A stretch of DNA of 64,000 bases from a virus. Location of the stretch: positions 16,540 through 80,539 of the IMG/VR virus record IMGVR_UViG_3300020470_003428; one strand, given 5' to 3'. A program made the translations under genes and the position numbers. Shown here in pieces: positions 27,005 through 35,993 of the stretch; position 1 is the stretch's first letter, and every line of letters starts with the position of its first letter. Below the pieces are notes generated by a model that saw only the letters and a list, made by a program, of their open reading frames with translations, made no database searches and had not been told where the DNA came from.

Positions 27005-27534
27005 TTCTTGGCATTCATCCAGTGATCAGTCTTATTTAATTCATGCTTGCAGATGTTAGGAGCAATTTCCTCTAAGTGTCCTCCCTTATATTTATCAGGT
27101 TCAACAACAGTACAGAAGGTCATAACTCCAGCATCATTTTGTTCATCATCTTGAGATGCAATAGCCCATATATCTTTATGAGGATTAGGTGTGGATCCTA
27201 TAGATAGTCTTAGTGCCAAGGTGGAATTAGTCCAATGACCACATTCTTCTTCATCTAAATATTTAACCGCAGTGATAGTCCTGCCTAGAAGTTGTTCTCT
27301 AAACCTATTAGCCCATGCTTGCCCGAAGGGAAGTTTTCTTGGTTTCCTTTTCGCGGTTTCCTTTTGCTTTGCTATTTTCTTTTGAAGTTTTTCTGCTTTA
27401 GCCACTGATTGTTTGACGTCACTAGAGACTTTCCATTGAGAGTCTTCCTGAGCTCGACGTTGTCTAGCTAGAAACTCATCGACTTCTTTTTGATTTTCAA
27501 GAGGAGTTTTTGTGTTTGAAGTTGTCACTTTCAT
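27001..27534 (-). CDS. hypothetical protein
   Basis: ORF; start set at ATG 27534. Confidence 0.65.
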   Translation of the reverse strand: MKVTTSNTKTPLENQKEVDEFLARQRRAQEDSQWKVSSDVKQSVAKAEKLQKKIAKQKETAKRKPRKLPFGQAWANRFREQLLGRTITAVKYLDEEECGHWTNSTLALRLSIGSTPNPHKDIWAIASQDDEQNDAGVMTFCTVVEPDKYKGGHLEEIAPNICKHELNKTDHWMNAKK

Positions 27535-28570
27535 AGTGGGGATAAGTGGATAAGTGTTTAATTCGTTGTAGAGGTACAGCAGCACAAGCCGGAACTATGG
27601 TATTTCCGAGTGCTTTTAAACGAGATATCCGATTGGATAACCCATCATCTCCTCTACGAAGTGTGGGTTCAGATACGTACTCTCGCCACTGCGGGTCAAG
27701 GCGTCTGGAAGTTGGCGGGGTCTGCCACCTGATCGATCCTGGAAACCTTGGCCTGATCTGCCCTTCCAATCCCGAGCGCATGGGGTTGGCAGGCTGTTCG
27801 TCAAGACGACCGCCGAACCAGCTAGCCTTCTTTTTTGGTGAGCCTTCTCGTAATTCAGGTTGGGACCCGAGTCCTTGTGGTCTCTCGCTGTCGGAGTTGG
27901 TAGAGGTGGATTCCTCATCTCCTTCAGTTCCTCGAAGAGTTGAATTGCTTCTGGGTTGACTGCCTCCCTGAGATTGGAGAGTTGTGTCCTGCCTGGTCTC
28001 GTCTCTGTCACTTGCTTGATCATGGATTCCTTGCTCCTTAGAGGGAGGGAGTCCATTGTGTTTGGGGTAGGCAATGATCCAGATACGTTCTCTTTTATGA
28101 CAGGCTCCCACATCTCTAGCTGAAACAATCGACCATTCAGCATCGTACCCTGCTTTGGCAATTTGAAAGAGAATTTCTTGGAAGGTTTCCCCTTGCTGGT
28201 GCGAGATAAGATTTCTAACGTTTTCAAGTAAGACGAATCGAGGTCGAATGAGCCTAACCAATCGCATGACTTCGTAGAAAAGACCGCTGCGAGTTCCTGC
28301 TCCAATACCCTTCTGCGAACCAGCCACGGACAAATCTTGGCAAGGAAATCCGGCTGTAAGTAAGTCGTACTCTCCTTGGTATGATTGGAATGTGGTGATG
28401 TCATTGTGTATAGGAATGTTAGGAAAATTCTTCTTTAAAACTGATTGACAATAAGGATCGATTTCAATGAATTGTTTAGTTTCAAATCCACCGACTAGTC
28501 TTTCAGCTGCATAAGAGAATCCTCCTATGCCAGCAAAGGCGTCTAATAGTTTCAACTTACATTGGTTCAT
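27497..28570 (-). CDS. C5-cytosine DNA methyltransferase (large/alpha chain)
   Basis: FAGIGG (I), GFPCQ (IV), ENV (VI), HKRERIW (VIII), RLKALGN (X). Confidence 0.9.
   Translation of the reverse strand: MNQCKLKLLDAFAGIGGFSYAAERLVGGFETKQFIEIDPYCQSVLKKNFPNIPIHNDITTFQSYQGEYDLLTAGFPCQDLSVAGSQKGIGAGTRSGLFYEVMRLVRLIRPRFVLLENVRNLISHQQGETFQEILFQIAKAGYDAEWSIVSARDVGACHKRERIWIIAYPKHNGLPPSKEQGIHDQASDRDETRQDTTLQSQGGSQPRSNSTLRGTEGDEESTSTNSDSERPQGLGSQPELREGSPKKKASWFGGRLDEQPANPMRSGLEGQIRPRFPGSIRWQTPPTSRRLDPQWREYVSEPTLRRGDDGLSNRISRLKALGNTIVPACAAVPLQRIKHLSTYPHYESDNFKHKNSS
27616..28404 (-). CDS. nested alternative-frame ORF: putative MTase small/beta chain (TRD plus motif IX)
   Basis: Three LPTP units and terminal LNPHFVEEMMGYPIG; true start unknown. 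Confidence 0.6.
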   Translation of the reverse strand: MTSPHSNHTKESTTYLQPDFLAKICPWLVRRRVLEQELAAVFSTKSCDWLGSFDLDSSYLKTLEILSRTSKGKPSKKFSFKLPKQGTMLNGRLFQLEMWEPVIKENVSGSLPTPNTMDSLPLRSKESMIKQVTETRPGRTQLSNLREAVNPEAIQLFEELKEMRNPPLPTPTARDHKDSGPNLNYEKAHQKRRLAGSAVVLTNSLPTPCARDWKGRSGQGFQDRSGGRPRQLPDALTRSGESTYLNPHFVEEMMGYPIGYLV

Positions 28571-28838
28571 CGTCGGTAACAGCGCACCAAGCCATTTGAA
28601 AATCTATTAACCATTGTCGCTGATCTTTTGAAAGATACAAGTCATCCATGTGATCAACTAATTCATCTTCAGGAATACCAGCCCAACCTTTTATGTCGGT
28701 TGTGAGTGGGCTGATATCTTTATTAAGAAGATCATCACAGCACCAATTAGGTAGTGATTGTTCTTTACAGAATTTCTCGAGTTGCTCGGATAAGCAGACT
28801 CGAAATTCTTTAATAGGAGTAACAGTAGTTTTAGTCAT
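28557..28838 (-). CDS. hypothetical protein
   Basis: ORF; start set at ATG 28838. Confidence 0.6.
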   Translation of the reverse strand: MTKTTVTPIKEFRVCLSEQLEKFCKEQSLPNWCCDDLLNKDISPLTTDIKGWAGIPEDELVDHMDDLYLSKDQRQWLIDFQMAWCAVTDDEPM

Positions 28839-29001
28839 ACTCTTTGACCTTATGAACAACGGATGAATCGTAATCGGTGTAATCATCGTAGTGATCTACA
28901 CCATCTTCATTAACTATCCTGAGAGCTTCCTTTTTACAGGATGCTTCTATGTTGTAGTCAAGATAACGATTCATAACGCAAGTGATTTTGTAGTTAGGCA
29001 T
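28831..29001 (-). CDS. small acidic protein
   Basis: Own translation MPNYKITCVMNRYLDYNIEASCKKEAL...; TAATG-coupled. Confidence 0.6.
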   Translation of the reverse strand: MPNYKITCVMNRYLDYNIEASCKKEALRIVNEDGVDHYDDYTDYDSSVVHKVKEYD

Positions 29002-29216
29002 TACGTGTAAGATGCAGCGTCGCTTTCGGAATCATAAGATTCGTCTCCATCAGGATCCTCGATCTTATCTATACCGAGAAAGTTGCTGGTTGAATCAACA
29101 CGGTCGAGATATTCGAACTCTGATTCATCCATTTGTTCAACATCTTCAAGACTGTTAGCCTTGACATGAACGGTATAGCTGGTTTTCTCAGAGCAAGTGA
29201 CGTGAAAAATAGGCAT
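29001..29216 (-). CDS. small acidic protein
   Basis: 71-aa ORF, TAATG-coupled. Confidence 0.65.
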   Translation of the reverse strand: MPIFHVTCSEKTSYTVHVKANSLEDVEQMDESEFEYLDRVDSTSNFLGIDKIEDPDGDESYDSESDAASYT

Positions 29217-29458
29217 TAGGTTTTCTCCTTTTTGTGAATAAAGAGTGTGTTGTCAATTAATTCAGCTAATAAATCTTTGTCATCAGCTTCTATTAACTCT
29301 TTCAGTTGATCGGGAGTTTTCTTAGCGTAGTGTTCTATAAGCATTTCGGTATGTTCTGCTTGTAGTTGCTTGGTGTCCATTCGATCAACTTCTATTTCAG
29401 AGAATTGTTCGACAAGTGTTCCCATTTGTTCTGGGGTTAAATCATGAATCGTTGTCAC
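29216..29458 (-). CDS. small acidic helical protein
   Basis: 80-aa ORF. Confidence 0.65.
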   Translation of the reverse strand: MTTIHDLTPEQMGTLVEQFSEIEVDRMDTKQLQAEHTEMLIEHYAKKTPDQLKELIEADDKDLLAELIDNTLFIHKKEKT

Positions 29459-29625
29459 TAGACTTCCTCTACTTCGTGAACATAGTAATCATCGCTATCA
29501 AATTCCTCCCAACTTAAGTTGTCGTTTCTCATTTCTTTAGCTTTTTCCTTGCTAACAGCTTGTACTGTTGTTGAGTAGTTAGTAATTCGAGAGGCATGGA
29601 GGCGATACCATTTAAGTTCAGTCAT
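29458..29625 (-). CDS. small acidic protein
   Basis: Own translation MTELKWYRLHASRITNYSTTVQAVSKEKAKE... Confidence 0.6.
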   Translation of the reverse strand: MTELKWYRLHASRITNYSTTVQAVSKEKAKEMRNDNLSWEEFDSDDYYVHEVEEV

Positions 29626-29980
29626 TGTTCTTCGTCATGAATTTGGTGTACAACATTTTGGCTGGTCTAGACGCCCAGCGTGGAGTACGAAGACATTCGA
29701 TGTAATGATCCAAGGTTGGAACAAAACCGAGATCTTCTGTAATGTGTTGCTCAAGGATGAGAGAGGTAGGTACTTTTCTTCCTTTGGAATTAGTGAAGGT
29801 GTCGCCAAACAAGGCAACACCATCTGCTATTCCTTGGGTGTGATGACACAACATCCTATGAAGGATCTTGCTTGTACCTGTACGTCCTCTATCCATCCAC
29901 TTATGTAGTGGTGCATAATCTTCTGGTTCACCACCAAAAGCTTTAGCAGAACTAACACAGTGATAGTGGTAGTGGGACAT
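29618..29980 (-). CDS. DUF6915-like His-rich protein
   Basis: H..SSAK.FGG..EDY..LH.W.D...HR...HH..G...EQH..EDLG. Confidence 0.7.
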   Translation of the reverse strand: MSHYHYHCVSSAKAFGGEPEDYAPLHKWMDRGRTGTSKILHRMLCHHTQGIADGVALFGDTFTNSKGRKVPTSLILEQHITEDLGFVPTLDHYIECLRTPRWASRPAKMLYTKFMTKNND

Positions 29981-30549
29981 TAGAACATCTCCACCTCATG
30001 TCTTTCAGTGGTGATTACATTGTTCTCGTGATCACAGGTACACTTCCATTGACCTAGATCGTTGTGATCTTTTTTGATATCAATTTCACCTTGACCTCCT
30101 TCATTGTTATGAAAACCAGGAGAAACATCTTGTGTTATCCACCATCCCGCTTCTGATACGTGCTTATAGATCAGATCGTCGCTTGATATATTAATAACTT
30201 TGCCTTTTCTGTCATAGAATTCAACATCTTCAACTTGGCCGTCATCTCCTTGACCTTCATATCGGATATTAATAGCATCCAATTCAGGGTGGACAAGACT
30301 GATTGCATTCAAGGCATGCTGAAAAGCTTGCATCTTTCTCATGAACAAGTCATGTTCCCATGCTTGTGACTGAGCCCAAAAATTGTTCCAATCTCCTTCC
30401 ATTTCAGGAAATCTAGGCTTCTTTCTTCCTACGATATTTGCTGAGTTTTCATGTTTAAAATATTCATCAAGACGTTCAAAGTATTCAGCGAGTGATTCGT
30501 CGCGATTCTTTTTAAAGTCCAATGGGACTACTGTGGTGGAATTTGACAT
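29980..30549 (-). CDS. DUF6878-like protein
   Basis: YEGQGDDGQVED...GFHNNEGGQG; adjacent to DUF6915-like gene. Confidence 0.65.
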   Translation of the reverse strand: MSNSTTVVPLDFKKNRDESLAEYFERLDEYFKHENSANIVGRKKPRFPEMEGDWNNFWAQSQAWEHDLFMRKMQAFQHALNAISLVHPELDAINIRYEGQGDDGQVEDVEFYDRKGKVINISSDDLIYKHVSEAGWWITQDVSPGFHNNEGGQGEIDIKKDHNDLGQWKCTCDHENNVITTERHEVEMF

Positions 30550-30551
30550 GG

Positions 30552-31193
30552 TTAGTGATATAGAAGAGCAAAGGGTTGGTCTATAGGACCGTAAGCAAGA
30601 TCATCTTTCTTATCAATAGGAAGATTAAGCTTGGCAGCTTCTTCCTCTGAGCGAACGACTCTTGCATTTCGTGGAAAATCAACAGGGTTGATTAAGTGAT
30701 CGAAGCGACCTCCCCAACTAGCAGAGAGTCTGTAGTTGTCAGGTCTTTTGACATCCAAGAATAAAGGTAAATTCTTGGTGTAAGAGTAATGAATCAGATG
30801 ATTAATCTCTTTAGAAGTATTAAAAATTGCATCACGGAGTTTAACCGAGTCGCAATCACCTGAAACAAACCATCTCACTTTCTCAGCTTTTTTGAAGCCT
30901 TTATGGGTAGAGATGGATATGACCATGAGGTCAGTAAGATCTGTAAGAGTTAGAGAATCTATAAGATCTTTGTTATGCCAACGAGCCTTACGGACATTGG
31001 GATAACGAGCTTCCATACGTGCTGCATAGCAGTCATATAAAAGGTTGGCAGCTTTAGTGAGCTTGCCTGTCTCTCTGTCAGAAATAACGTGACAGTGCTT
31101 AGCACCAGGACAGCAATGGCCAGCTGGTGTGCTAAAGGTGAGGATGGTGTCGGCAAGCTTGAGGTTACCTGCCCCAAGCTTTAATAGATCCAT
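30552..31193 (-). CDS. GP88-family Cys-cluster protein
   Basis: CPGAKHC...CYA...RWFVSGD...YSYTK; start reassigned to ATG 31193 next to the repeat motif. Confidence 0.7.
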   Translation of the reverse strand: MDLLKLGAGNLKLADTILTFSTPAGHCCPGAKHCHVISDRETGKLTKAANLLYDCYAARMEARYPNVRKARWHNKDLIDSLTLTDLTDLMVISISTHKGFKKAEKVRWFVSGDCDSVKLRDAIFNTSKEINHLIHYSYTKNLPLFLDVKRPDNYRLSASWGGRFDHLINPVDFPRNARVVRSEEEAAKLNLPIDKKDDLAYGPIDQPFALLYH

Positions 31194-31197
31194 AAAA

Positions 31198-31253
31198 GTA
31201 CTGATGAAAAGATCCAACAAAAAATCCCTCTGCGCCCACCAACGCAAAGGGAT
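31198..31253 (-). promoter_or_regulatory. early cassette element, copy 1 (hairpin + U-run + TTTTCATCAGTAC)
   Basis: AUCCCUUUGCG/CGCAGAGGGAU stem, U-run, motif 4 nt before ATG. Confidence 0.8.
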
Positions 31254-31356
31254 CTTAAGCCTGGGCTTACGTGAGATGATATGAATTAATGCTTCTCTAT
31301 CACTGGATTCATACCATACCCTTTCTGTCTCACGGCCAGAAAAGGTTACATGAATC

Positions 31357-31539
31357 TTAGTCCATTGAATCTAAGCTGTTATGGAATCTGATCTTCTTTG
31401 TTGGCGTATCAAATTCTGCTATAAATTCATTAATCCTTTCAATCATTGCGATTGTGGATGGAGTGGTGGGGATCTTAGATAAAACGTCATCTCGGAGAGA
31501 GACTAATTCGTTTCTAGTTACTTCAATGGAACGGTGCAT
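31357..31539 (-). CDS. hypothetical protein
   Basis: 60-aa ORF. Confidence 0.5.
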   Translation of the reverse strand: MHRSIEVTRNELVSLRDDVLSKIPTTPSTIAMIERINEFIAEFDTPTKKIRFHNSLDSMD

Positions 31540-31590
31540 TGTGCGGATGTGGGATAGATGTTGCAGATTGGTTGAACAGAAGTCACAGAC

Positions 31591-31773
31591 TTAGCTGCTT
31601 CTTCTATTAGTTTTAGGAAGTTTTGCCGATGATCGGATGTCAATTGTGTCAATGTTTCCATCAGGAAATAGGGGTTGTCCGTCTGTATTTAATTGGTATC
31701 TAAGGGAACGCTTATAGCTGCCTTCCCTTAGTCTATATTTTTGACTGTATGTTTTACGTTTATGCTTGCCCAT
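31591..31773 (-). CDS. hypothetical basic protein
   Basis: 60-aa ORF. Confidence 0.5.
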   Translation of the reverse strand: MGKHKRKTYSQKYRLREGSYKRSLRYQLNTDGQPLFPDGNIDTIDIRSSAKLPKTNRRSS

Positions 31774-32014
31774 TATCAGGTATTAGCATCGCTTGCGCTA
31801 CTGGAGTGGGTTCTGATTTACCTTCGAACATCACGTAGTACCCTGGGTGAGTACGTCCGTTAGTGTATTTCAGATCTTTTCTGCCACAGATAACACCCTT
31901 CTTGGTGCGAAGGGTTCCATTGCGGTCAGGTTTAAGCACTTTGTCTCCTAATTTGAACTTGGCTCCTTCAGTCTTATTAGACCTCTTCTTGAGCTTGTAA
32001 TTAGTGTCCGGCAT
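31760..32014 (-). CDS. SH3-like small protein
   Basis: KFKLGDKV...G.I...Y.V.F; start set at ATG 32014. Confidence 0.6.
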   Translation of the reverse strand: MPDTNYKLKKRSNKTEGAKFKLGDKVLKPDRNGTLRTKKGVICGRKDLKYTNGRTHPGYYVMFEGKSEPTPVAQAMLIPDNGQA

Positions 32015-33080
32015 AGAATTTAACTTTCGGATGGTCAAGCAAGTGGTTAGTAAAGCTAGCATTTAATCTGGCTATTGGGCCATCAAGCTGCTGAGCAAAT
32101 CTTGCTTCGTCCCCATTTTTAACGTGTTTTGTGTGACTTGTAAATTGGGTGACTGCAGAATGAACACTAAACATATTGTTTTGTCTTGTTTCCAGTTCGC
32201 TTCCTATGAGATCTCCTTTGAAGATCCTTTCTAATTGATTCAAGAACTTACTCTTGATCGGAGAGTTAGGGAACTGAAGGGCATGGCCTCTGTCTTCCTC
32301 TGGAATCATATCTTGGAAAAATTCACGCATTAACACAACACCTTCTTCTTGAGAACATGGTGTATTAATCATGCGGATTTTGTCTTTGATATATTGTTCG
32401 CCAGTGGTGATAGCAGCATCCATTGCTTGTTCTACGTCGATAATGTCACGCTTTTGCCTATGACTTACTCTTGTGTCTGACCCTTGTACTCGACGTGTCA
32501 TCCCATTGTCACAAACCAATTCATTTGCATAAACAGTTGCTCTCATGGATTGAGCCTTGAGATAGTTGATGGTGTACATCAAAAAGAAGTCGGTAGTATC
32601 ACCAACTTTTCTTAACTCAGGAGGATTAAGGTTGGTCATCTTAGAAAAGAAGTACAAGACTTTCTGTTCTGGCAACCAACCAATACCATCAAGGGTAATG
32701 TCGGGTTTGTTCTCTATGGATTTCTTGTACCAATTCAATGCGTCTACTGGATTAACAATGAATCTTTTATCTGAGAATTGACCTAACTTATCTCCAGTAT
32801 TGCTTTGATACCAATGGACTACGTTAGGATATTCTTTATCAAAATTTCTAGAGTAAAGAGTTTCAGGCTCTACCGTCCAGTTACAACCAATTGATTTCAA
32901 TTGTTCTTCTGTTGTTTGCCAATCTCTACACTCTGATTTATATCCTTGGAAGAACTTAGCGTCTTCTCGAGTTAACTTACCGGGGACAAATACAGTTGAA
33001 CCTGGGTCATCAATTTCTTTTGTACAGATACCTGCCGTTGTTTGAGAACGAGGCATAGCTTGGGTGGGAGTAATAGTCAT
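32001..33080 (-). CDS. DUF932-family protein
   Basis: LVCDNGM...H...AVTQFTSH pattern. Confidence 0.65.
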   Translation of the reverse strand: MTITPTQAMPRSQTTAGICTKEIDDPGSTVFVPGKLTREDAKFFQGYKSECRDWQTTEEQLKSIGCNWTVEPETLYSRNFDKEYPNVVHWYQSNTGDKLGQFSDKRFIVNPVDALNWYKKSIENKPDITLDGIGWLPEQKVLYFFSKMTNLNPPELRKVGDTTDFFLMYTINYLKAQSMRATVYANELVCDNGMTRRVQGSDTRVSHRQKRDIIDVEQAMDAAITTGEQYIKDKIRMINTPCSQEEGVVLMREFFQDMIPEEDRGHALQFPNSPIKSKFLNQLERIFKGDLIGSELETRQNNMFSVHSAVTQFTSHTKHVKNGDEARFAQQLDGPIARLNASFTNHLLDHPKVKFYAGH

Positions 33081-33092
33081 TGAAGGATAGGG

Positions 33093-33326
33093 TTAAGGAC
33101 TTCTGAGTGCTAGATCTGTTGCAATATCTTCAACAATGATCTCAATAGCGGTGAGATCTCTGCGAAGAGAAGGATCTAATTTGGGTTTAATCTTACGTAA
33201 CTTCCCAAGTATGAAAGTTACGTTGTCTTTTGTATTAAGAGGTGGTTGATTCTCCTGTTCTTGAACTCGCTTCAATAAGAGTTTGTTCTGCCTGAACTTC
33301 GTCAAGTCTGTTATCTTGCTCATCAT
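33093..33326 (-). CDS. hypothetical protein
   Basis: 77-aa ORF. Confidence 0.55.
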   Translation of the reverse strand: MMSKITDLTKFRQNKLLLKRVQEQENQPPLNTKDNVTFILGKLRKIKPKLDPSLRRDLTAIEIIVEDIATDLALRSP

Positions 33327-33960
33327 TTACACCTATTAATTGTGAGAAAGGAAGAGGTTGATCTAGTTTTCTACAAAGTTCGCAGACTCTATCTTCAAAC
33401 AACAGTGGATCACGAGTGAATGCAGTACCCTGCACTGGTCTGTTATCCGTGTTGAAGATATTGGCAAAGATGCCACCTTTGGATCCTCTAGATGTGTATA
33501 TCGTGCCGTAAATATCCCAGAGGTCAAGATTGTTTGTTATGTGGTAGTCGATAATCGACTCTAAGTCTCCTAACAGGGTTGCAGGTGCGCATTGTATGAG
33601 CTTTTTACCTGTATCAGGGTTAACTAGGCCTCCACATCTCATCTTGAGAATACCTGTGACAACTTCATCTGTTCGCTCAAGATCAGGAAGGATATTGAAC
33701 GTTTGAAAAATGAAGTTTAAATAAGGTGTCTTTTGCCCTTTGCTGAAGTGATGGCTGACTCTAAGGACAGGCTTGCTCCAGAAGACAAGACCTTCGTTTT
33801 TCTCTAGCGTGAACGCTGGATTGTCAGGAGTCTGACCATAACCATAGATACAGCCGGATCCATTAATACCCATGACTACAGTGTTAGTCTCGGGTTTGAA
33901 CTGTCTAGTAGTGTCAACTACAGCAGTATCAGTGGTGAGAGAACTCGTGTTAGAACTCAT
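33235..33960 (-). CDS. hypothetical protein
   Basis: Start reassigned to ATG 33960, downstream of motif copy 2. Confidence 0.7.
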   Translation of the reverse strand: MSSNTSSLTTDTAVVDTTRQFKPETNTVVMGINGSGCIYGYGQTPDNPAFTLEKNEGLVFWSKPVLRVSHHFSKGQKTPYLNFIFQTFNILPDLERTDEVVTGILKMRCGGLVNPDTGKKLIQCAPATLLGDLESIIDYHITNNLDLWDIYGTIYTSRGSKGGIFANIFNTDNRPVQGTAFTRDPLLFEDRVCELCRKLDQPLPFSQLIGVNDEQDNRLDEVQAEQTLIEASSRTGESTTS

Positions 33961-33984
33961 AAAACAAAAGCAACAACATAAAAC

Positions 33985-34002
33985 GTACTGATGAACAGCC
34001 GC
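33985..34002 (-). promoter_or_regulatory. early cassette motif, copy 2 (degenerate, no clear hairpin)
   Basis: TGTTCATCAGTAC at head of a minus-strand operon. Confidence 0.65.
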
Positions 34003-34043
34003 ACAAAAAGCTCTCCTAAGATAGGAATAATCGCATCTTTCAG

Positions 34044-34571
34044 ATGGAACTACATAACGCTCCTGTACCAGAATCTCCAGACCAACCAAAGTTGGCACTA
34101 ATGGTGCAAGGAGAATCTTACGAAGATAAAGTGGGAGCTATTGGAGAGAAGTTGGTTTTATTAGCTGCGTTTGCCAAAGAATTACAGACACAATCTCACC
34201 TTATTCATTTCAACTACGAAGGATCTAATTTCCTTGCAGTGCATCAGTTCTTAAAGGATCAGTATGAATTACATACAGAGCAATTTGATACCTTAGGCGA
34301 GTTGGTGAGGACTCTTAATTATTGGATGCCTATGTGTTCTAAAGGATTAAAAGAATCGTTAGGTCCTTGCTTCAAGCATTGCGATTGCTACGAGGGAAAT
34401 GCAATGCTGGCTACGTATTATAGAAATCTAGAATCATTCTCTAGCATGGTCAAGATGGTTGAACCAGCTGCTCAAGAAACACAGCATTACGATATTGCTA
34501 ATTATCTAGGCGAATTGATTGGTCAGATATGGAAAACTTGCTGGATGGTTAAAGCTACTCTGAAGAATTAG
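34044..34571 (+). CDS. dps: Dps/ferritin-like protein
   Basis: HFNYEGSNF.AVH.FL..QY......D.LGE..R ferroxidase pattern. Confidence 0.75.
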   Translation: MELHNAPVPESPDQPKLALMVQGESYEDKVGAIGEKLVLLAAFAKELQTQSHLIHFNYEGSNFLAVHQFLKDQYELHTEQFDTLGELVRTLNYWMPMCSKGLKESLGPCFKHCDCYEGNAMLATYYRNLESFSSMVKMVEPAAQETQHYDIANYLGELIGQIWKTCWMVKATLKN

Positions 34572-34878
34572 AGCCATCGAAATCTTCTATTGCTTGTTCA
34601 AAATCACTTGCTGTGAGTTCAGCTGGTTTATCAGATGGCAACGTATGAATCACAGGTGGTTTACTACTAGTAATATTTTCTTCTTCTTCGGTATTGCATA
34701 GCCATTTAACAATAGTGACAGGAAAGGTTAGAGACTGTTCTTCTCTACCTCTGACTTCTAGCATTATTTTGGATGTCAGCCATCCTATTAATGCTTCCTT
34801 AGTAGCGAATGTATCTAATTCTTCCGACTTAGGACCAGAAACGCCTTGTCTTACTGCGTATACTTGTTGAAGGGGCAT
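34555..34878 (-). CDS. hypothetical protein
   Basis: 107-aa ORF. Confidence 0.6.
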   Translation of the reverse strand: MPLQQVYAVRQGVSGPKSEELDTFATKEALIGWLTSKIMLEVRGREEQSLTFPVTIVKWLCNTEEEENITSSKPPVIHTLPSDKPAELTASDFEQAIEDFDGSNSSE

Positions 34879-34907
34879 AGCCTTGTTTGATCTGACAATA
34901 TATTAGT

Positions 34908-35096
34908 TCAACTGTAGTCATATGTCGGTAGAACTTGCCACACATCTGCTGAGCCTCTTTTGCAGGCTGGAATAGTTTTCAGAAATCTTTCCATGGCTGT
35001 ATGAGACGTACATCCATACGCTAAGAAATGGAAGGGAAACGACTCCCCTGGCGGTCGGTATCGAACTTGCCAGTCACCTAAGTATGTGTGTTGCAT
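34908..35096 (-). CDS. hypothetical protein
   Basis: 62-aa ORF. Confidence 0.5.
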   Translation of the reverse strand: MQHTYLGDWQVRYRPPGESFPFHFLAYGCTSHTAMERFLKTIPACKRGSADVWQVLPTYDYS

Positions 35097-35097
35097 A

Positions 35098-35253
35098 TCA
35101 GTAAGATGGAACGTCTAAAAAAGCTTCGTCTTTACAATCGCTAGAGCAGGTTTGGTCGTTGAGAGCGCATTCAGATAAGCATTCAAAGTATTGATCTATT
35201 TCATCTAGTTGAGTCGCGTCTTTAGGTAGGAGAGTGGGTGAAATGGTCTTCAT
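35098..35253 (-). CDS. small 4-Cys acidic protein (picocyanobacterial type)
   Basis: IDQYFECLSEC.LND..C...C; GGAGG RBS before ATG 35253. Confidence 0.6.
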   Translation of the reverse strand: MKTISPTLLPKDATQLDEIDQYFECLSECALNDQTCSSDCKDEAFLDVPSY

Positions 35254-35514
35254 GTTGGTGCCTCCCTGCGTGTCTGTGTTTGGCTTTTCTCTGGATACCA
35301 TAGAGAATAATAAACCAGGAAAAGAATCCTAATAAGTCTAAGAAAGTCATAAAAATAATTCCAGTAGTGAAAACAATAGTCTGCTAGTATTACCTGCCTC
35401 GGGGAATTAAAGTGATATTTTTAACTGCACTTCCTTTCGTCCACTTGATTCTCACCCTGTGAGCAGGGAACTTGTAGGATAATTTAACCCATTGGATGAA
35501 GCGTTTGAAATGTT

Positions 35515-35748
35515 TCATAAATCTATAAGTTCTTTAATGAGTAGATATTCTGTCTGGGCATTACGCCAAGGAATTAGTTTGGCATGTCCTCCTGCTCCTT
35601 TCTTGAAAGAATAAGAGAGGACTCGACTGCCTGATCTTTTCCATGCGTAACAATCCCTTTGGTCTTTAGAGCAAACAGAAATAGTTTTACCTAGTTCTAG
35701 CTCTAAGAGAACACTTTTGCGAAGATGATCATCGTTGTTCTTCTTCAT
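35515..35748 (-). CDS. hypothetical protein
   Basis: 77-aa ORF. Confidence 0.5.
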   Translation of the reverse strand: MKKNNDDHLRKSVLLELELGKTISVCSKDQRDCYAWKRSGSRVLSYSFKKGAGGHAKLIPWRNAQTEYLLIKELIDL

Positions 35749-35971
35749 TTTCTTTGCGTTCCTCCTCGAAGAAATGTTCTAAGGCAGGATCTCCTATGCA
35801 ATGTTGAATGTTATAGGAGTCCAAGGTATAAGGAGGTGGATAGTCGCTTTTGATAGGCCATTCCACCTCCGGAGAGATAGTGATCTCTTCTGGTAATGGC
35901 TCAATAGAACTGTCTGCAATCTTTCCATCCTTAATAGTGAGAATGATTTTGTAATCTTGCATCGTATTCAA
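35729..35971 (-). CDS. hypothetical acidic protein
   Basis: 80-aa ORF. Confidence 0.55.
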   Translation of the reverse strand: MNTMQDYKIILTIKDGKIADSSIEPLPEEITISPEVEWPIKSDYPPPYTLDSYNIQHCIGDPALEHFFEEERKENEEEQR

Positions 35972-35993
35972 TACCTATTGAGACATATATTAG

